A stretch of 64,000 bases of DNA, from the NCBI GenBank assembly GCA_046292745.1, contig JBKBQH010000009.1, positions 10,360-74,359 of the forward strand, written 5' to 3'. Both the position numbers and the translations under genes were made by a program. Positions 22,697 to 35,389 of the stretch are shown in pieces. The stretch's first letter is position 1. Each line of letters starts with the position of its first letter. The DNA is from Thiobacillus sp. (GTDB lineage Bacteria > Pseudomonadota > Gammaproteobacteria > Burkholderiales > Thiobacillaceae). The notes below the pieces were generated by a model, which worked only from the letters and a program-made list of their open reading frames with translations, had not been told where the DNA came from and made no database searches.

Positions 22697-25600
22697 CGAT
22701 CGAAGAAATAAGTGTATTGAATCCCGGCCTCCAACGCCTGGCCCGCGCTTGCCTGCCCGCCGCCGGTGCCTCCCAGGTAGGCGCTCAGATGATCGCCCCC
22801 GAGCACGCTGCCGGCAGCGCCCGCCAGCCAGTTCCAGGTCAGGCCGGTGACGGAATTGCTGCCCACGCCCAGGTCCAGGTAGGGCCGCCAGGCGCGGCTG
22901 TATTCGCGGCGGACGTTTTCACCAATACCGAAGTTTATCCCGTAAGCGGCAAAACTTTGCGGCAAAAAGGCGCTGGCGGGCACATTCACGGCGGACAGGG
23001 CGGCCCCGGCCTGGGGGATCCCCAGGCCGGGGTCGAGGCGGGCGAGCGCATTCCATCTCGCGGCGGACAGTGGCAGCGCCGACACGGGCAGGCGCCCCCC
23101 CGTGTCGGAAAAGCGCCATTGGCTGGCATTGAAGCGCAGCATGAAGTTCGGGTATTCGGTGCGGATGCGCCAGCCCGCCTCGGCCATCACGCCCGTGCCG
23201 TCGCCCACCGCCGCCCCGCCTTCCAGCCCGTAGCGGTCGTATTGCAGCGTGGCCGCGAGATATTCGCGACGCGAAACATTCCATTGCAGACGCGCCTGCA
23301 CGCTGTCCTTCTCGCCCAGCAGCCGGAGCTGGGCGGACTCGGTGGCGGGCTGGTTCAAACCCAGTCTCAGCTGGGCGTCCAGCCGCTGGAAACGCACGGC
23401 ATGCATGAAACCCGCCACCGGCTGGCAGTCGAAACGGCAGCGCGCGCCGAGCCTGAGCGCGGTTTCGCCGCGATCGTGGCGGTATGCCAGTTCCAGCTGC
23501 GTGTCGGTATAGGCCTGCGACAAGCCGGCGAGCTGGAGTTGATCGTAGGTGGCGTTCAGGCCGTAGGCTGCGTTGAGGCCATCGACCAGGGGGTTCCGCA
23601 GGAGCACGGCGTTGGCGTCGACGACGCGGTCACGGCCGCGATCCAGCGTCAGGCCGAGTCGCCAGCGCGCCTCCCCCTGCCAGGCGAAACCGAGCCGCAA
23701 GGCGCCGGTTTCGATATTGCCGTCGTCGCGGATCGTGCCGCCCGCCGTGTAGGCCTGCGCCAGGGGCAGCGCAGTCTCGCCCAGGTGCAGGTGCAGCGTG
23801 TCGTCCCAGTCATAGCGCTCGAGACCGTCGAAGGCCAGGGTTTGCGCCAGCCGCACCCGGCCGCTGCCGCGCGCGGCATGAATGTGGTCATACAGCGGGA
23901 TCGCGCGATCTTCGTCCAGCAAACGTGCCTGCGCGTCGGTGTCGCCGGTTTGCAGGGCAAGCAGGCTGGCCGCCCAGTCCGGCGCGGCGACCCGCTGCGC
24001 ATGGCGGGCCAGCAGCCAGGCGGCGGCGCGGTCGCTTGCCTCCTGCGACAGGAAATAGCCCAGCGCGAGTTCGTCGGCATTGCGGCTGTCGCGCGCCGCC
24101 ACCGCGCGCAGTTCGGGCGCCAGCCCCTCGTTGCCGGCCTGGCGCAAGGCATGGCGCAGCACGCTTTCCGCGCGGTCACCCGGCTGGTAAAGCAGGGCCA
24201 GGCGCACGACGGCGGTGCGCACCGCCCTGTCCGCCAGCGCGGGGGCCGCCTGCTGGCGCTGCCGCCACAGCGCCCAGCGCAGGCGCTGCGCCAGCACCTG
24301 GCGGTGCGCCAGATCCAACAGGTCGGCATAATTCATCAGCCAGAGGAAATCCTCGCGGTGCGCGGGCAGCTGGCTCTGCGCCCACGCCAGCGCCGTTTCG
24401 GGCTGCCCCAGCTGCGCATACGCGGCGCTGAACGCGTCGGCCAGCCGGCCGTCACGCCGGGCGTCCGCCTGCCAGCGCGCGAGGCGTCGTGTCAGCGCGG
24501 GACGGTCTTGCTGCTGGATGAGCAGCCACAGCAGCGCGACCTTGAGGTCGTCGTCATCGGGGACGAGCGCGAGCGCGTTCTCCCAGGCTTCGCGAGCCTG
24601 GCGCACCTCACCCGCGTGCTCCGCCCAGGCCGCCTTGAGGCGCCAGAACGCGTCTTGCCCGCGCAGGGTGTCGAACAGCGGCCCGCGCGCCTCCTCCAGC
24701 AGGCGCCCGGCCTGGCGCCAGTCCTGCGCCTGCGCGTATAGGCTCAGGGCCTGCAGGTAGAGCGCCGCGTCCTCGCTTTGGCGCCAGCCCGCTTCCGCCA
24801 GCTGTGCGGCTTCCAGGGGATGGCGCGCCGCCAGCAGCGCGACCAGATTCTGCGTGTCCTCCAGGCGCGGCCCGCCGCCGGCATGCAGCACGCGATAGGC
24901 TGCCACGGCCTCGTCGTTGCGCGCCAGGAGACGCGCCAGCTCGGCGCGCAGCCGCCAGTATTCCAGCGCTGCCGGGCTCGCTTCGGGGAACCCGGTCAAG
25001 GCCGCGTAAGCGGCTTCGAGCCGGCCGGCGGCAACATGCAGCACCGCTTCCCTGACCGCCAGGTCCGCGCTGTCACGCCCCTGGCGGCGCAGCGCCTGCA
25101 GTGCGCTCAACGCCCGCTCGGTATCGCCCAGGCGCTGCGCCAGCCAGGCGATGATGCGCAGCAGTTCCGGGTCGCGCCGCTGCGCCAGCAGCTGCTCCAG
25201 ATACGCCAGCCCGGCGCGGGCGTCGCCAAGATACTCGTAGCTCTCGGCGATGCGCTGCCACAGGGCGGGGTTGCCGCGCCCGCTCGCGGCTTCGTGCCGA
25301 TAGGCCTGGAGCAGCGCGTCATAATCGAACAGGCCGGGCGCGAGGCGCAGCACGCCCTGCCAGGCTTGCTCGGCGTTCGTCTTGCGCGCCAGCCACAGCC
25401 AGGCATCGAGCGCCTCCCGGGGACGCTGCGTCCATTCCGAGATTTGCGCCAGACGCTCGCGCCACAGCAGGCTGTCGGGCCGCTGCTTCACGGCGGACGC
25501 CGCCACCCGCCAGGCGTCCTTGAGGTTGCGGTTGGCCAGAAAGGCTTGCCAGGCGAGCGCGTAGGCTTCCTCGTCGAAGGTGCGCGGCAGCAGGGCCGGG

Positions 25601-26538
25601 GCCACCTGCAGGCGCTCGGCGCCGCCACTTTGCGCCACGGGCCGGAGCTGCGGCACGGCCGCCTGCCTGAGTTTCTCCAGCCAGCTGAACTGGAGCAGGC
25701 GGCGGGAAAAGCGGTCGGCAGCGGCCGGGTCGTTGGCCGCCAGCGCCAGGCGGATCATGAACACCAGATAATCGCGCTCCTGCATGAATTCGCCGCCGCG
25801 CCGTTCACCCGCAGCCACGGCCTCCTTCAGCAAGCCGCCCGCCTGCAGGATGCGCAGCCCCTGCAGCAGGAAACGAAGCCGCTCGTCCGCGCGCCGGGCG
25901 TTGTCCTGGGCAAGAAAATACAGTTCGGCGGCCAGCCGGTACTGGCCGCGTCCCAACAGGGTTTCGCCCTTGCTGGCGAGCACGCGGCTGTCCATGCCCG
26001 CGTCGGTGCGGGCAAGCCGCCGGTAGAAGCGCAGGGCGAGGTCCGCGTCGTGCAGCGCCACGGCCATATCCCCCAGTTCGTCGAGCTGTTGCGGTGCGAG
26101 ACTGGCCGTGGCGAGCTGGTCCAGGGCATCGAGGATCGCCTGCCGGGCGGCCGGGTCGTCGCGGGGCAGCTGACGGACCCGGCCCAGCTGCAATTCCAGA
26201 CGGACGATCTCGTAGTCCGCCCCGCGGTCGCCGTCGCGCACCGTCCGTAGCCAGACTTCCGCCTCGTCCAGCTTGCCGTTGCGGATGAGCTGCCGGATCA
26301 GGGTCAGACGCAGCTCGGCGTTGCCCGGGTCGGTCTTGAGCAGGACGATGATGTAGCGCTCCGCCAGGGCCTGATTGATGTCGGCGTGGAGCAACTGTTC
26401 CGACAGGCGCTTGAAGGGAAAGGCCGCCACCAGTGCCAGCAGGACCGCAGCGCCGAACCCCAGCACCCAGGCCGGATGGAACAGCCGCTGGCGACCGCCG
26501 TCAAGGCGTGCAGACGACGTCAAACGCTGGTAGATCAT
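22693..26538 (-). CDS. pelB: Pel export scaffold/porin PelB (TPR repeats plus C-terminal beta-barrel)
   Basis: 1281 aa. An N-terminal TM helix, about 900 aa of TPR-like Ala/Leu/Arg-rich repeats, then a C-terminal region with alternating beta-strand pattern ending ...GIQYTYFFDR. Confidence 0.8.
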   Translation of the reverse strand: MIYQRLTSSARLDGGRQRLFHPAWVLGFGAAVLLALVAAFPFKRLSEQLLHADINQALAERYIIVLLKTDPGNAELRLTLIRQLIRNGKLDEAEVWLRTVRDGDRGADYEIVRLELQLGRVRQLPRDDPAARQAILDALDQLATASLAPQQLDELGDMAVALHDADLALRFYRRLARTDAGMDSRVLASKGETLLGRGQYRLAAELYFLAQDNARRADERLRFLLQGLRILQAGGLLKEAVAAGERRGGEFMQERDYLVFMIRLALAANDPAAADRFSRRLLQFSWLEKLRQAAVPQLRPVAQSGGAERLQVAPALLPRTFDEEAYALAWQAFLANRNLKDAWRVAASAVKQRPDSLLWRERLAQISEWTQRPREALDAWLWLARKTNAEQAWQGVLRLAPGLFDYDALLQAYRHEAASGRGNPALWQRIAESYEYLGDARAGLAYLEQLLAQRRDPELLRIIAWLAQRLGDTERALSALQALRRQGRDSADLAVREAVLHVAAGRLEAAYAALTGFPEASPAALEYWRLRAELARLLARNDEAVAAYRVLHAGGGPRLEDTQNLVALLAARHPLEAAQLAEAGWRQSEDAALYLQALSLYAQAQDWRQAGRLLEEARGPLFDTLRGQDAFWRLKAAWAEHAGEVRQAREAWENALALVPDDDDLKVALLWLLIQQQDRPALTRRLARWQADARRDGRLADAFSAAYAQLGQPETALAWAQSQLPAHREDFLWLMNYADLLDLAHRQVLAQRLRWALWRQRQQAAPALADRAVRTAVVRLALLYQPGDRAESVLRHALRQAGNEGLAPELRAVAARDSRNADELALGYFLSQEASDRAAAWLLARHAQRVAAPDWAASLLALQTGDTDAQARLLDEDRAIPLYDHIHAARGSGRVRLAQTLAFDGLERYDWDDTLHLHLGETALPLAQAYTAGGTIRDDGNIETGALRLGFAWQGEARWRLGLTLDRGRDRVVDANAVLLRNPLVDGLNAAYGLNATYDQLQLAGLSQAYTDTQLELAYRHDRGETALRLGARCRFDCQPVAGFMHAVRFQRLDAQLRLGLNQPATESAQLRLLGEKDSVQARLQWNVSRREYLAATLQYDRYGLEGGAAVGDGTGVMAEAGWRIRTEYPNFMLRFNASQWRFSDTGGRLPVSALPLSAARWNALARLDPGLGIPQAGAALSAVNVPASAFLPQSFAAYGINFGIGENVRREYSRAWRPYLDLGVGSNSVTGLTWNWLAGAAGSVLGGDHLSAYLGGTGGGQASAGQALEAGIQYTYFFDR

Positions 26539-29329
26539 GCGCGCGGATTTTGAAATGGCTGACGCCGGCCTGCTGGCGCACGGGTTTCAGCGTCTCCCCG
26601 TTGGCCTTGAATTGACACGGCTGCGCGTGACGAATCGCCCATTCCAGCGGCACGTGGCCGCGCAGGCCCAGCCGCAGCGTGCCGCCTTCCCGTTGCACCT
26701 GGGTGACGCGGCCGTTGGCCTCCCATAGCGTGGGGCTGTCGTCCGCCTGGCGGGCAAACACGATTTCCGCGCTGTCGCCCGCCAGGTGCAGATAGCGTCC
26801 GTCCGCGCCGGTTTTTTCGCCGGCGAGGTTTTTCGATGCGCGCCAGTCGATCGCGGGCGCATCGGCCGGCAGGCGCAGGGTGCGCAGCTGGGTGGCGCCA
26901 CGTACGAGGTAGCCGCGCCCGGTACGGGCGATCCCCAAGGTCACGAAATCCAGCACCGAGCGGATGTATTCCGAGCCGAAGACCGGATGCAGGGGCTGCG
27001 CCAGCGCCCAGTCGTACACCTTGCGCAAGGCCTTGAGCGAGGCGGGCTTGCTGGCGGAATAGGTGTGGTAGTAGATGTTGACAGGTTTCAGGCGGCGCGG
27101 CGAACCGGTCAGCTCGAAGGTCTCGATCACCCGTTCGTACCCGTAGAACGGCCCCTGCCAGAGGTTGGTATACACATTCTCGTTCTGCATCGGGGCGTAG
27201 ACCTGGATCGCCCCGCCCTTGTCGAGATACAGTCCCTCCACCGCGGCCAGGCTGGGATTGCTGCGGTCGATGACGGTATAGCCATGGTTCATGTTGAGCA
27301 GTCCCAGACGTTCCGTGTATCGCACCGTTTCCGCGCCCGGCGTGGTGTCGCCGCTCCACAGCAGGATTTCGGCGCGTTTGCCGGGCGGCAGCAGGTTTTC
27401 ATTGATGTAGCGGATGGAGCCCGCCACCTCCTTTTCCAGGTCGAAGCGATAGCCGGGAATGTCCAGATGGTAGCTTCCAGAGATTTCGCCGCGCTCGGCC
27501 TGGCGCCACTTGAAGGGATGCGAATAGGTGTGGCTGGCGGCCTCGATGTGCGGCAGCGCGTAGATGCGGCGGGCGATCGCCTCCAGCGCCGCGGATTGCC
27601 CGGGGTAGAGGCCGTCCGGCGCGATCTCCCCCTGGATCACCGACAGGGTGGTGGGAAGCGGGTAACGCTGGAAAATCTCCCGCAGCAGCACTTCGCTGGC
27701 GTACGGGCCGCCGGGAAATTCGGCGCGGCTGGGAAAGCCGTCGCCATCGATGTGCACCATCAACACCCGGCGGCCGGTCGCCGTCGTGACATCGGGTACC
27801 GGTGCCCCGTCCTGGCGCAGCGCGGCGGCGAAAAACCTGATGGGATCGATCACCCAGCGAAAACTCTGCTCGCGCCCGCCCGCCGCCGGCAGGGTGATCA
27901 ACACGCGCGGCAGCTCCGCATAGGCACCCCAGGGCGTGAGCGCGGCGACATCGTGAACCTGGTTGGCGTCGTTGCGGTAGCGCAGCCAGGTTTGGGCACC
28001 CTCGGCCTCGACCAGGCTGTCGCCGGGCAGCGTTCTCAGGGGAGGCATTTCAAACCCCGCGTTGGCGCCGTTCTCGGCCAGGCGCAGGGCGCCCGCGCCC
28101 TTGTCCGGCGCGCGTGTCCGCATCCCCCAGCCGGGCCGCCCGTTCAGCAGTTGCATGTCGGGCCCCAGAAACACCACGGGAACGCCGCACGCGCGCTGCC
28201 GGTCCAGCCAAGCCAGCCATTCTTTTCCGGGCTGGCCGTTGCCGGTCAGCCAGACCACCACACCGGCGTAGGCGGCGATCTGCTCGGCCGACGGGGTATC
28301 GCGGATGTCCTGGTATTCCGTGGCGTAGCCCAGGTAATGCAGGGGCATGGCGCCAAAGCGCACCGCACTGCTCAAGGCCACATCCGCCCGCAGTCCCTCG
28401 TCGTGCAGGAGCAACACGCGGCGGCGCACCGGCTCGATGCGGCCCAGGCCCACCTGCGTCAGGTCGCCACGGGTCACATAGGGCTCGATGCCCAGCGCCA
28501 GGATCTTGCGTGCAATCTCCCGCGCCTGCGCGGGTTTCTCCGGCGGCGCGTAGTCGATGGCATACACCGCGAGGCCCAGTTCGTCGCGCACCCTGACCAT
28601 CTGTGCCAGCAGCCAGGCACGATCGGCTTCCGCCACCTCGACATAGCGTTGCCGGGCCTGGTCCCAGCCACCAAACAGGGACTCCGCCGCCACCGCGAAC
28701 ACCTCGTTTCTCACCTGCGGCAGGATTTCGAATCCGCGGTTGAGAATCAGCCTGGCTTCGGGATACCGCGCGCTGACGGCCTTGATGAGACTGACCAGCG
28801 CGGCTTCCTGGCGCGCGCGCGCCTCTGGCGTGCCGGCCGCCAATTGATAGGAATCCATGGTGTCGAAGAAGAAACCGCGATACCCCCGCTGCCACAGCGG
28901 CGCGATCACCTCGTCGAGAAAGAATTGCCGCCAGGCCGGCTGGGTCTGATCCAGCACCTTCGACCCCCAGACCTTGTTTTCCGCGATCAGCCAGGCGGGC
29001 GGAATGCGTGCACTGTAATCCCGGCCCGGGTGCACCTCCCCCACGCTGACATAGGCAAACACCTGGGCGGGTTCGAGTTTCGCCGGTTCCAGCGAACTGG
29101 CGGGGTCGAGCACCACGATGTCGAACGACTTCAATTCGGCGACGGGCGGCCGCGCGCCGTAATACAGGGCGAGCGTGGGTGCGGCCCAGGCGGGCGCGAT
29201 GAAAAGCCCGATCGCCAGCATGAGGAATGCGGCTGCCGACGCCGGCTTCAAAAAAACCCGCCCGCCCAAGCCGGGTTGGCTCCTGGAAACCGGCAAGGGG
29301 GAAGGGATGGGCTGCGCTTTCGGGGACAT
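26501..29329 (-). CDS. pelA: Pel hydrolase/deacetylase PelA (start uncertain; TTG at 29251 is an alternative)
   Basis: 942 aa. Signal peptide ...LMLAIGLFIAPAWA-AP, an N-terminal glycoside-hydrolase-like TIM region and a central CE4-like region (VLMVHIDGDGFPS, ASHTYSHPF). First gene of the operon, with size close to P. aeruginosa PelA. Confidence 0.85.
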   Translation of the reverse strand: MSPKAQPIPSPLPVSRSQPGLGGRVFLKPASAAAFLMLAIGLFIAPAWAAPTLALYYGARPPVAELKSFDIVVLDPASSLEPAKLEPAQVFAYVSVGEVHPGRDYSARIPPAWLIAENKVWGSKVLDQTQPAWRQFFLDEVIAPLWQRGYRGFFFDTMDSYQLAAGTPEARARQEAALVSLIKAVSARYPEARLILNRGFEILPQVRNEVFAVAAESLFGGWDQARQRYVEVAEADRAWLLAQMVRVRDELGLAVYAIDYAPPEKPAQAREIARKILALGIEPYVTRGDLTQVGLGRIEPVRRRVLLLHDEGLRADVALSSAVRFGAMPLHYLGYATEYQDIRDTPSAEQIAAYAGVVVWLTGNGQPGKEWLAWLDRQRACGVPVVFLGPDMQLLNGRPGWGMRTRAPDKGAGALRLAENGANAGFEMPPLRTLPGDSLVEAEGAQTWLRYRNDANQVHDVAALTPWGAYAELPRVLITLPAAGGREQSFRWVIDPIRFFAAALRQDGAPVPDVTTATGRRVLMVHIDGDGFPSRAEFPGGPYASEVLLREIFQRYPLPTTLSVIQGEIAPDGLYPGQSAALEAIARRIYALPHIEAASHTYSHPFKWRQAERGEISGSYHLDIPGYRFDLEKEVAGSIRYINENLLPPGKRAEILLWSGDTTPGAETVRYTERLGLLNMNHGYTVIDRSNPSLAAVEGLYLDKGGAIQVYAPMQNENVYTNLWQGPFYGYERVIETFELTGSPRRLKPVNIYYHTYSASKPASLKALRKVYDWALAQPLHPVFGSEYIRSVLDFVTLGIARTGRGYLVRGATQLRTLRLPADAPAIDWRASKNLAGEKTGADGRYLHLAGDSAEIVFARQADDSPTLWEANGRVTQVQREGGTLRLGLRGHVPLEWAIRHAQPCQFKANGETLKPVRQQAGVSHFKIRAHDLPAFDVVCTP

Positions 29330-29370
29330 GACTATCGGCTACAATCCGCGCTCTGTTTCAAGGAAACCGT

Positions 29371-29667
29371 ATGAAACCACTCACGTCCGCCCAACGGCAA
29401 CACCTCAAGGGGCTGGCTCACAATCGCCAACCGGTCGTCATGATCGGCAGCCAGGGGCTGACCCCCGCGGTGCTGAAGGAAATCGAACACGCGCTGGCGG
29501 CGCATGAACTCATCAAGATCAAGGCGGGCAGCGATGAACCCGAGGTTCGCCAGCGCTGGATGGAGGACATCTGCGCCGCCACCGAGGCGGCGCCGGTGCA
29601 ACGGATAGGCAAGGTCCTGGTGATCTATCGCACGGCGGCCAAGCCCGCCATCGCCCTGCCGGCCTGA
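29371..29667 (+). CDS. yhbY: RNA-binding protein YhbY (CRS1/YhbY domain)
   Basis: 98 aa: MKPLTSAQRQHLKGLAHNRQPVVMIGSQGLTPAVLKEIEHALAAHELIKIK..., the typical YhbY pattern. Confidence 0.85.
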   Translation: MKPLTSAQRQHLKGLAHNRQPVVMIGSQGLTPAVLKEIEHALAAHELIKIKAGSDEPEVRQRWMEDICAATEAAPVQRIGKVLVIYRTAAKPAIALPA

Positions 29668-29683
29668 CCCAGACGGACGCGGA

Positions 29684-30142
29684 TCAGCGCGCAAGCCCCG
29701 CGCGCCAGACCAGCACCAGGCCAAGCAGGCTCTGGATCAGGTAGACGATGCTCGAGATGCCGTGCCAGTGACGGAAACGGTCGGCGAACACGCTTTGCAT
29801 CACCGCCTGCGGCATCGCCTGATCCTTGAGGCCCTGCAGGATGGACTGGATGCCGAAGTGGCCCGCCAGCGTCAGCACCAGCATCACAGCCACGAGCCAG
29901 AAGAACAGCGTTTTCAGCGCCGCGCCGCCGTCGCGGGCGAGACGGTAGATCAGGAGATAGGCCGCGGCGGCGATGCCTATCCACGCCATCCAGTCGAACA
30001 GCTCGCCAGCGAGCGCGCCGGCGAGCTGCTTGTCACCGAGGCTGGCGAACAGCACCGGCGCCGCCACGTAGCCGATTGCCCACAGGCCGCCGATCCAGAG
30101 CACCAGCAGGGTGCCCGCGAGGCCGTCCCAGAAGCGCCGCAT
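29684..30142 (-). CDS. DUF4149-like small membrane protein
   Basis: The 354-aa ORF is trimmed to ATG 30142 ([32 protein letters not shown]...), giving 152 aa with four TM helices. ATGA overlap with the greA stop. Position between greA and yhbY is conserved. Confidence 0.55.
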   Translation of the reverse strand: MRRFWDGLAGTLLVLWIGGLWAIGYVAAPVLFASLGDKQLAGALAGELFDWMAWIGIAAAAYLLIYRLARDGGAALKTLFFWLVAVMLVLTLAGHFGIQSILQGLKDQAMPQAVMQSVFADRFRHWHGISSIVYLIQSLLGLVLVWRAGLAR

Positions 30143-30618
30143 CAGATGTAGCGCACGTCGAGGATTTCGTACTGGCGCACGCCGCCCGGTGCCTGCACGT
30201 CGACGGTGTCGCCGGCGTGCTTGCCGATCAGCGCACGCGCGATCGGCGAGGAAACCGATATCTTGCCGGACTTGATGTCGGCCTCGTCGTCGCCGACGAT
30301 CTGGTAGGTGACGGTGTCGCCGGAATCGGCGTCTTCCAGGTCCACCGTCGCGCCGAACACCACGCGTCCGTCGGCGTCGAGCGTCTTGGGATCGATGATC
30401 TGGGCATGCGACAGTTTCGCTTCGAGATCCGCGATGCGTCCCTCGATGAAGCCCTGTTTCTCCTTGGCGGCGTCGTACTCCGCATTTTCCGACAGGTCGC
30501 CCTGCGCGCGCGCCTCGGCGATCGCCTGGATGACGGCGGGACGCTCGATCGTTTTCAGACGTTGCAGCTCGGCGCGCATCTTCTCGGCGCCGATCACGGT
30601 GATCGGGAACTTGTTCAC
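30142..30618 (-). CDS. greA: Transcription elongation factor GreA
   Basis: GTG 30618 gives (V)[52 protein letters not shown]..., 158 aa, a canonical GreA. Confidence 0.92.
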   Translation of the reverse strand: MNKFPITVIGAEKMRAELQRLKTIERPAVIQAIAEARAQGDLSENAEYDAAKEKQGFIEGRIADLEAKLSHAQIIDPKTLDADGRVVFGATVDLEDADSGDTVTYQIVGDDEADIKSGKISVSSPIARALIGKHAGDTVDVQAPGGVRQYEILDVRYI

Positions 30619-30635
30619 GGCACTTACCTTTTCTG

Positions 30636-33842
<3,207 letters not shown>

Positions 33843-33844
33843 GG

Positions 33845-34984
33845 TCAGGGCGCCTTGGCGTGGTCGGCCATGAGCTGGATGAAGCGGTCGAACAGGTAGG
33901 CGACGTCGTGCGGGCCGGGGCTCGCCTCGGGGTGGCCCTGGAAGCTGAACGCGGGCGCGTCGGTGCGGGCGATGCCCTGCAGCGAACCGTCGAACAGCGA
34001 GACGTGGGTCGCCCGAAGACTGGCGGGCAGCGACGCCGCATCGACGGCGAAGCCATGGTTCTGGCTGGTGATCGCCACGCGGCCGCTGTCGAGATCCTTC
34101 ACCGGGTGGTTGGCGCCGTGGTGGCCGAACTTCATCTTCACCGTCCGGGCGCCGGAGGCGAGCGCGAGCAGCTGGTGGCCGAGGCAGATGCCGAAAGTCG
34201 GGATCTTTTTTTCCACCAGCTCGCCGATCGCGCGGATCGCGTAATCGCACGGCTCGGGGTCGCCAGGGCCGTTGGAAAGCAGGATGCCGTCCGGTTTCAG
34301 CGCCAGCGCCTGCTCGGCGGTCGCGGTCGCGGGCAGCACGGTCAGGCGGCAGCCGCGCTCGGCGAGCATGCGCAGGATGTTGCGCTTGACGCCGTAGTCG
34401 AAGGCGACGACATGGAAGCGCGGCGCGGCCTGCCGGCCGTAGCCCTGCCCCAGCTTCCATTCGGTCTCGGTCCATTCGTAGGCGGCGGGCGTGGTGACCA
34501 CCCGTGCGAGATCCATGCCGGCCAGACCGGGGAAAGTGCGCGCGGCCTCGAGCGCCGCGGCTTCATTGATCGCTCCGGCCATGAGGCAGCCACCCTGCGC
34601 GCCCTGCTCGCGCAGCAGGCGCGTGAGGCGGCGGGTATCGATATCGGCGATGGCGACGATGTTTTCGCGCTTCAGGTAATCGGACAGCGACTGGCTGGCA
34701 CGGAAATTCGAGTGCAGGCGCGGCAGGTCGCGCACGACGAGGCCGGCGGCATGGACACGATCCGCCTCGACATCCTCGGCGTTGACGCCGGTGTTGCCGA
34801 TGTGGGGATAGGTCAGGGTGACGATCTGCCGCGAGTACGAGGGGTCGGTGAGGATTTCCTGGTAGCCGGTGAGCGCGGTATTGAACACCACCTCGCCGGT
34901 CGTGACGCCGTCGGCGCCGATCGAGCGGCCGCGAAAGACCGAGCCGTCAGCGAGAACCAGGATGGCGGGTTGGGCAGAGGACAA
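33845..34984 (-). CDS. carA: Carbamoyl-phosphate synthase small subunit
   Basis: 379 aa. GICLGHQLL glutaminase motif. Lies immediately upstream of carB. Confidence 0.95.
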   Translation of the reverse strand: MSSAQPAILVLADGSVFRGRSIGADGVTTGEVVFNTALTGYQEILTDPSYSRQIVTLTYPHIGNTGVNAEDVEADRVHAAGLVVRDLPRLHSNFRASQSLSDYLKRENIVAIADIDTRRLTRLLREQGAQGGCLMAGAINEAAALEAARTFPGLAGMDLARVVTTPAAYEWTETEWKLGQGYGRQAAPRFHVVAFDYGVKRNILRMLAERGCRLTVLPATATAEQALALKPDGILLSNGPGDPEPCDYAIRAIGELVEKKIPTFGICLGHQLLALASGARTVKMKFGHHGANHPVKDLDSGRVAITSQNHGFAVDAASLPASLRATHVSLFDGSLQGIARTDAPAFSFQGHPEASPGPHDVAYLFDRFIQLMADHAKAP

Positions 34985-35009
34985 GGAACACTCCGAAAGG
35001 CAGGTGACA

Positions 35010-35048
35010 AAATTCAGGCGAGCCGCTCGCGCGAACCCGCCTGAATTT
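35010..35048 (-). terminator. Hairpin between the glutaredoxin gene and carA (possible terminator or attenuator)
   Basis: 11-bp perfect inverted repeat: aaattcaggcg (35010..35020) and cgcctgaattt (35038..35048), with a 17-nt GC-rich loop. On the minus strand the stem runs into TTTT. Confidence 0.45.
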
Positions 35049-35114
35049 GAATGCCCGCATTGTAGCCGATCCGGGAAGCGGCTTCAATGCTTGCGACCGC
35101 CGCCGCGCGCCCGT

Positions 35115-35369
35115 TCAGGGCTGGAGATGGTCCAGTCCGCCGTCCATGTCTAGCTCGGTGAGCTCGGTGAAGCCGCCGATGCATTTGCCGTCGACGACGA
35201 TCTGCGGCACGGTGCGCGCGCCGCGGGTGACGACGGCGAATTCCTTCATCGCCTCGCGGTCGAGGTCGATGCGCACCTCGTCGTAGGCGATGCCGCGCTT
35301 GTCGAGAAAGGCCTTGGCCTTGACGCAGATGGGGCAGGTGCCGGTACTGTAGACCTTGACGGCATTCAT
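35115..35369 (-). CDS. Glutaredoxin-family protein (CPIC active site)
   Basis: ORF trimmed to ATG 35369 (MNAVKVYSTGTCPICVKAKAFLDKRGIAYDEVRID...TVPQIVVDGKCIGGF), giving 84 aa. Confidence 0.8.
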   Translation of the reverse strand: MNAVKVYSTGTCPICVKAKAFLDKRGIAYDEVRIDLDREAMKEFAVVTRGARTVPQIVVDGKCIGGFTELTELDMDGGLDHLQP

Positions 35370-35389
35370 GTTCGTTCCCTGTTCGAAAC

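Noticed and set aside
16923-29329. The pel operon as the possible previously undescribed system
   Set aside because: Gene order, sizes and motifs match the well-characterised PelABCDEFG pathway. Only its genomic placement is unusual, and that is reported separately.
22687-29374. Plus-strand ORFs of 684, 490 and 862 aa opposite pelB and pelA
   Set aside because: These are antisense shadows of high-GC coding sequence. They have no motifs or signal sequences, and the minus-strand products have coherent TPR, porin and hydrolase features.
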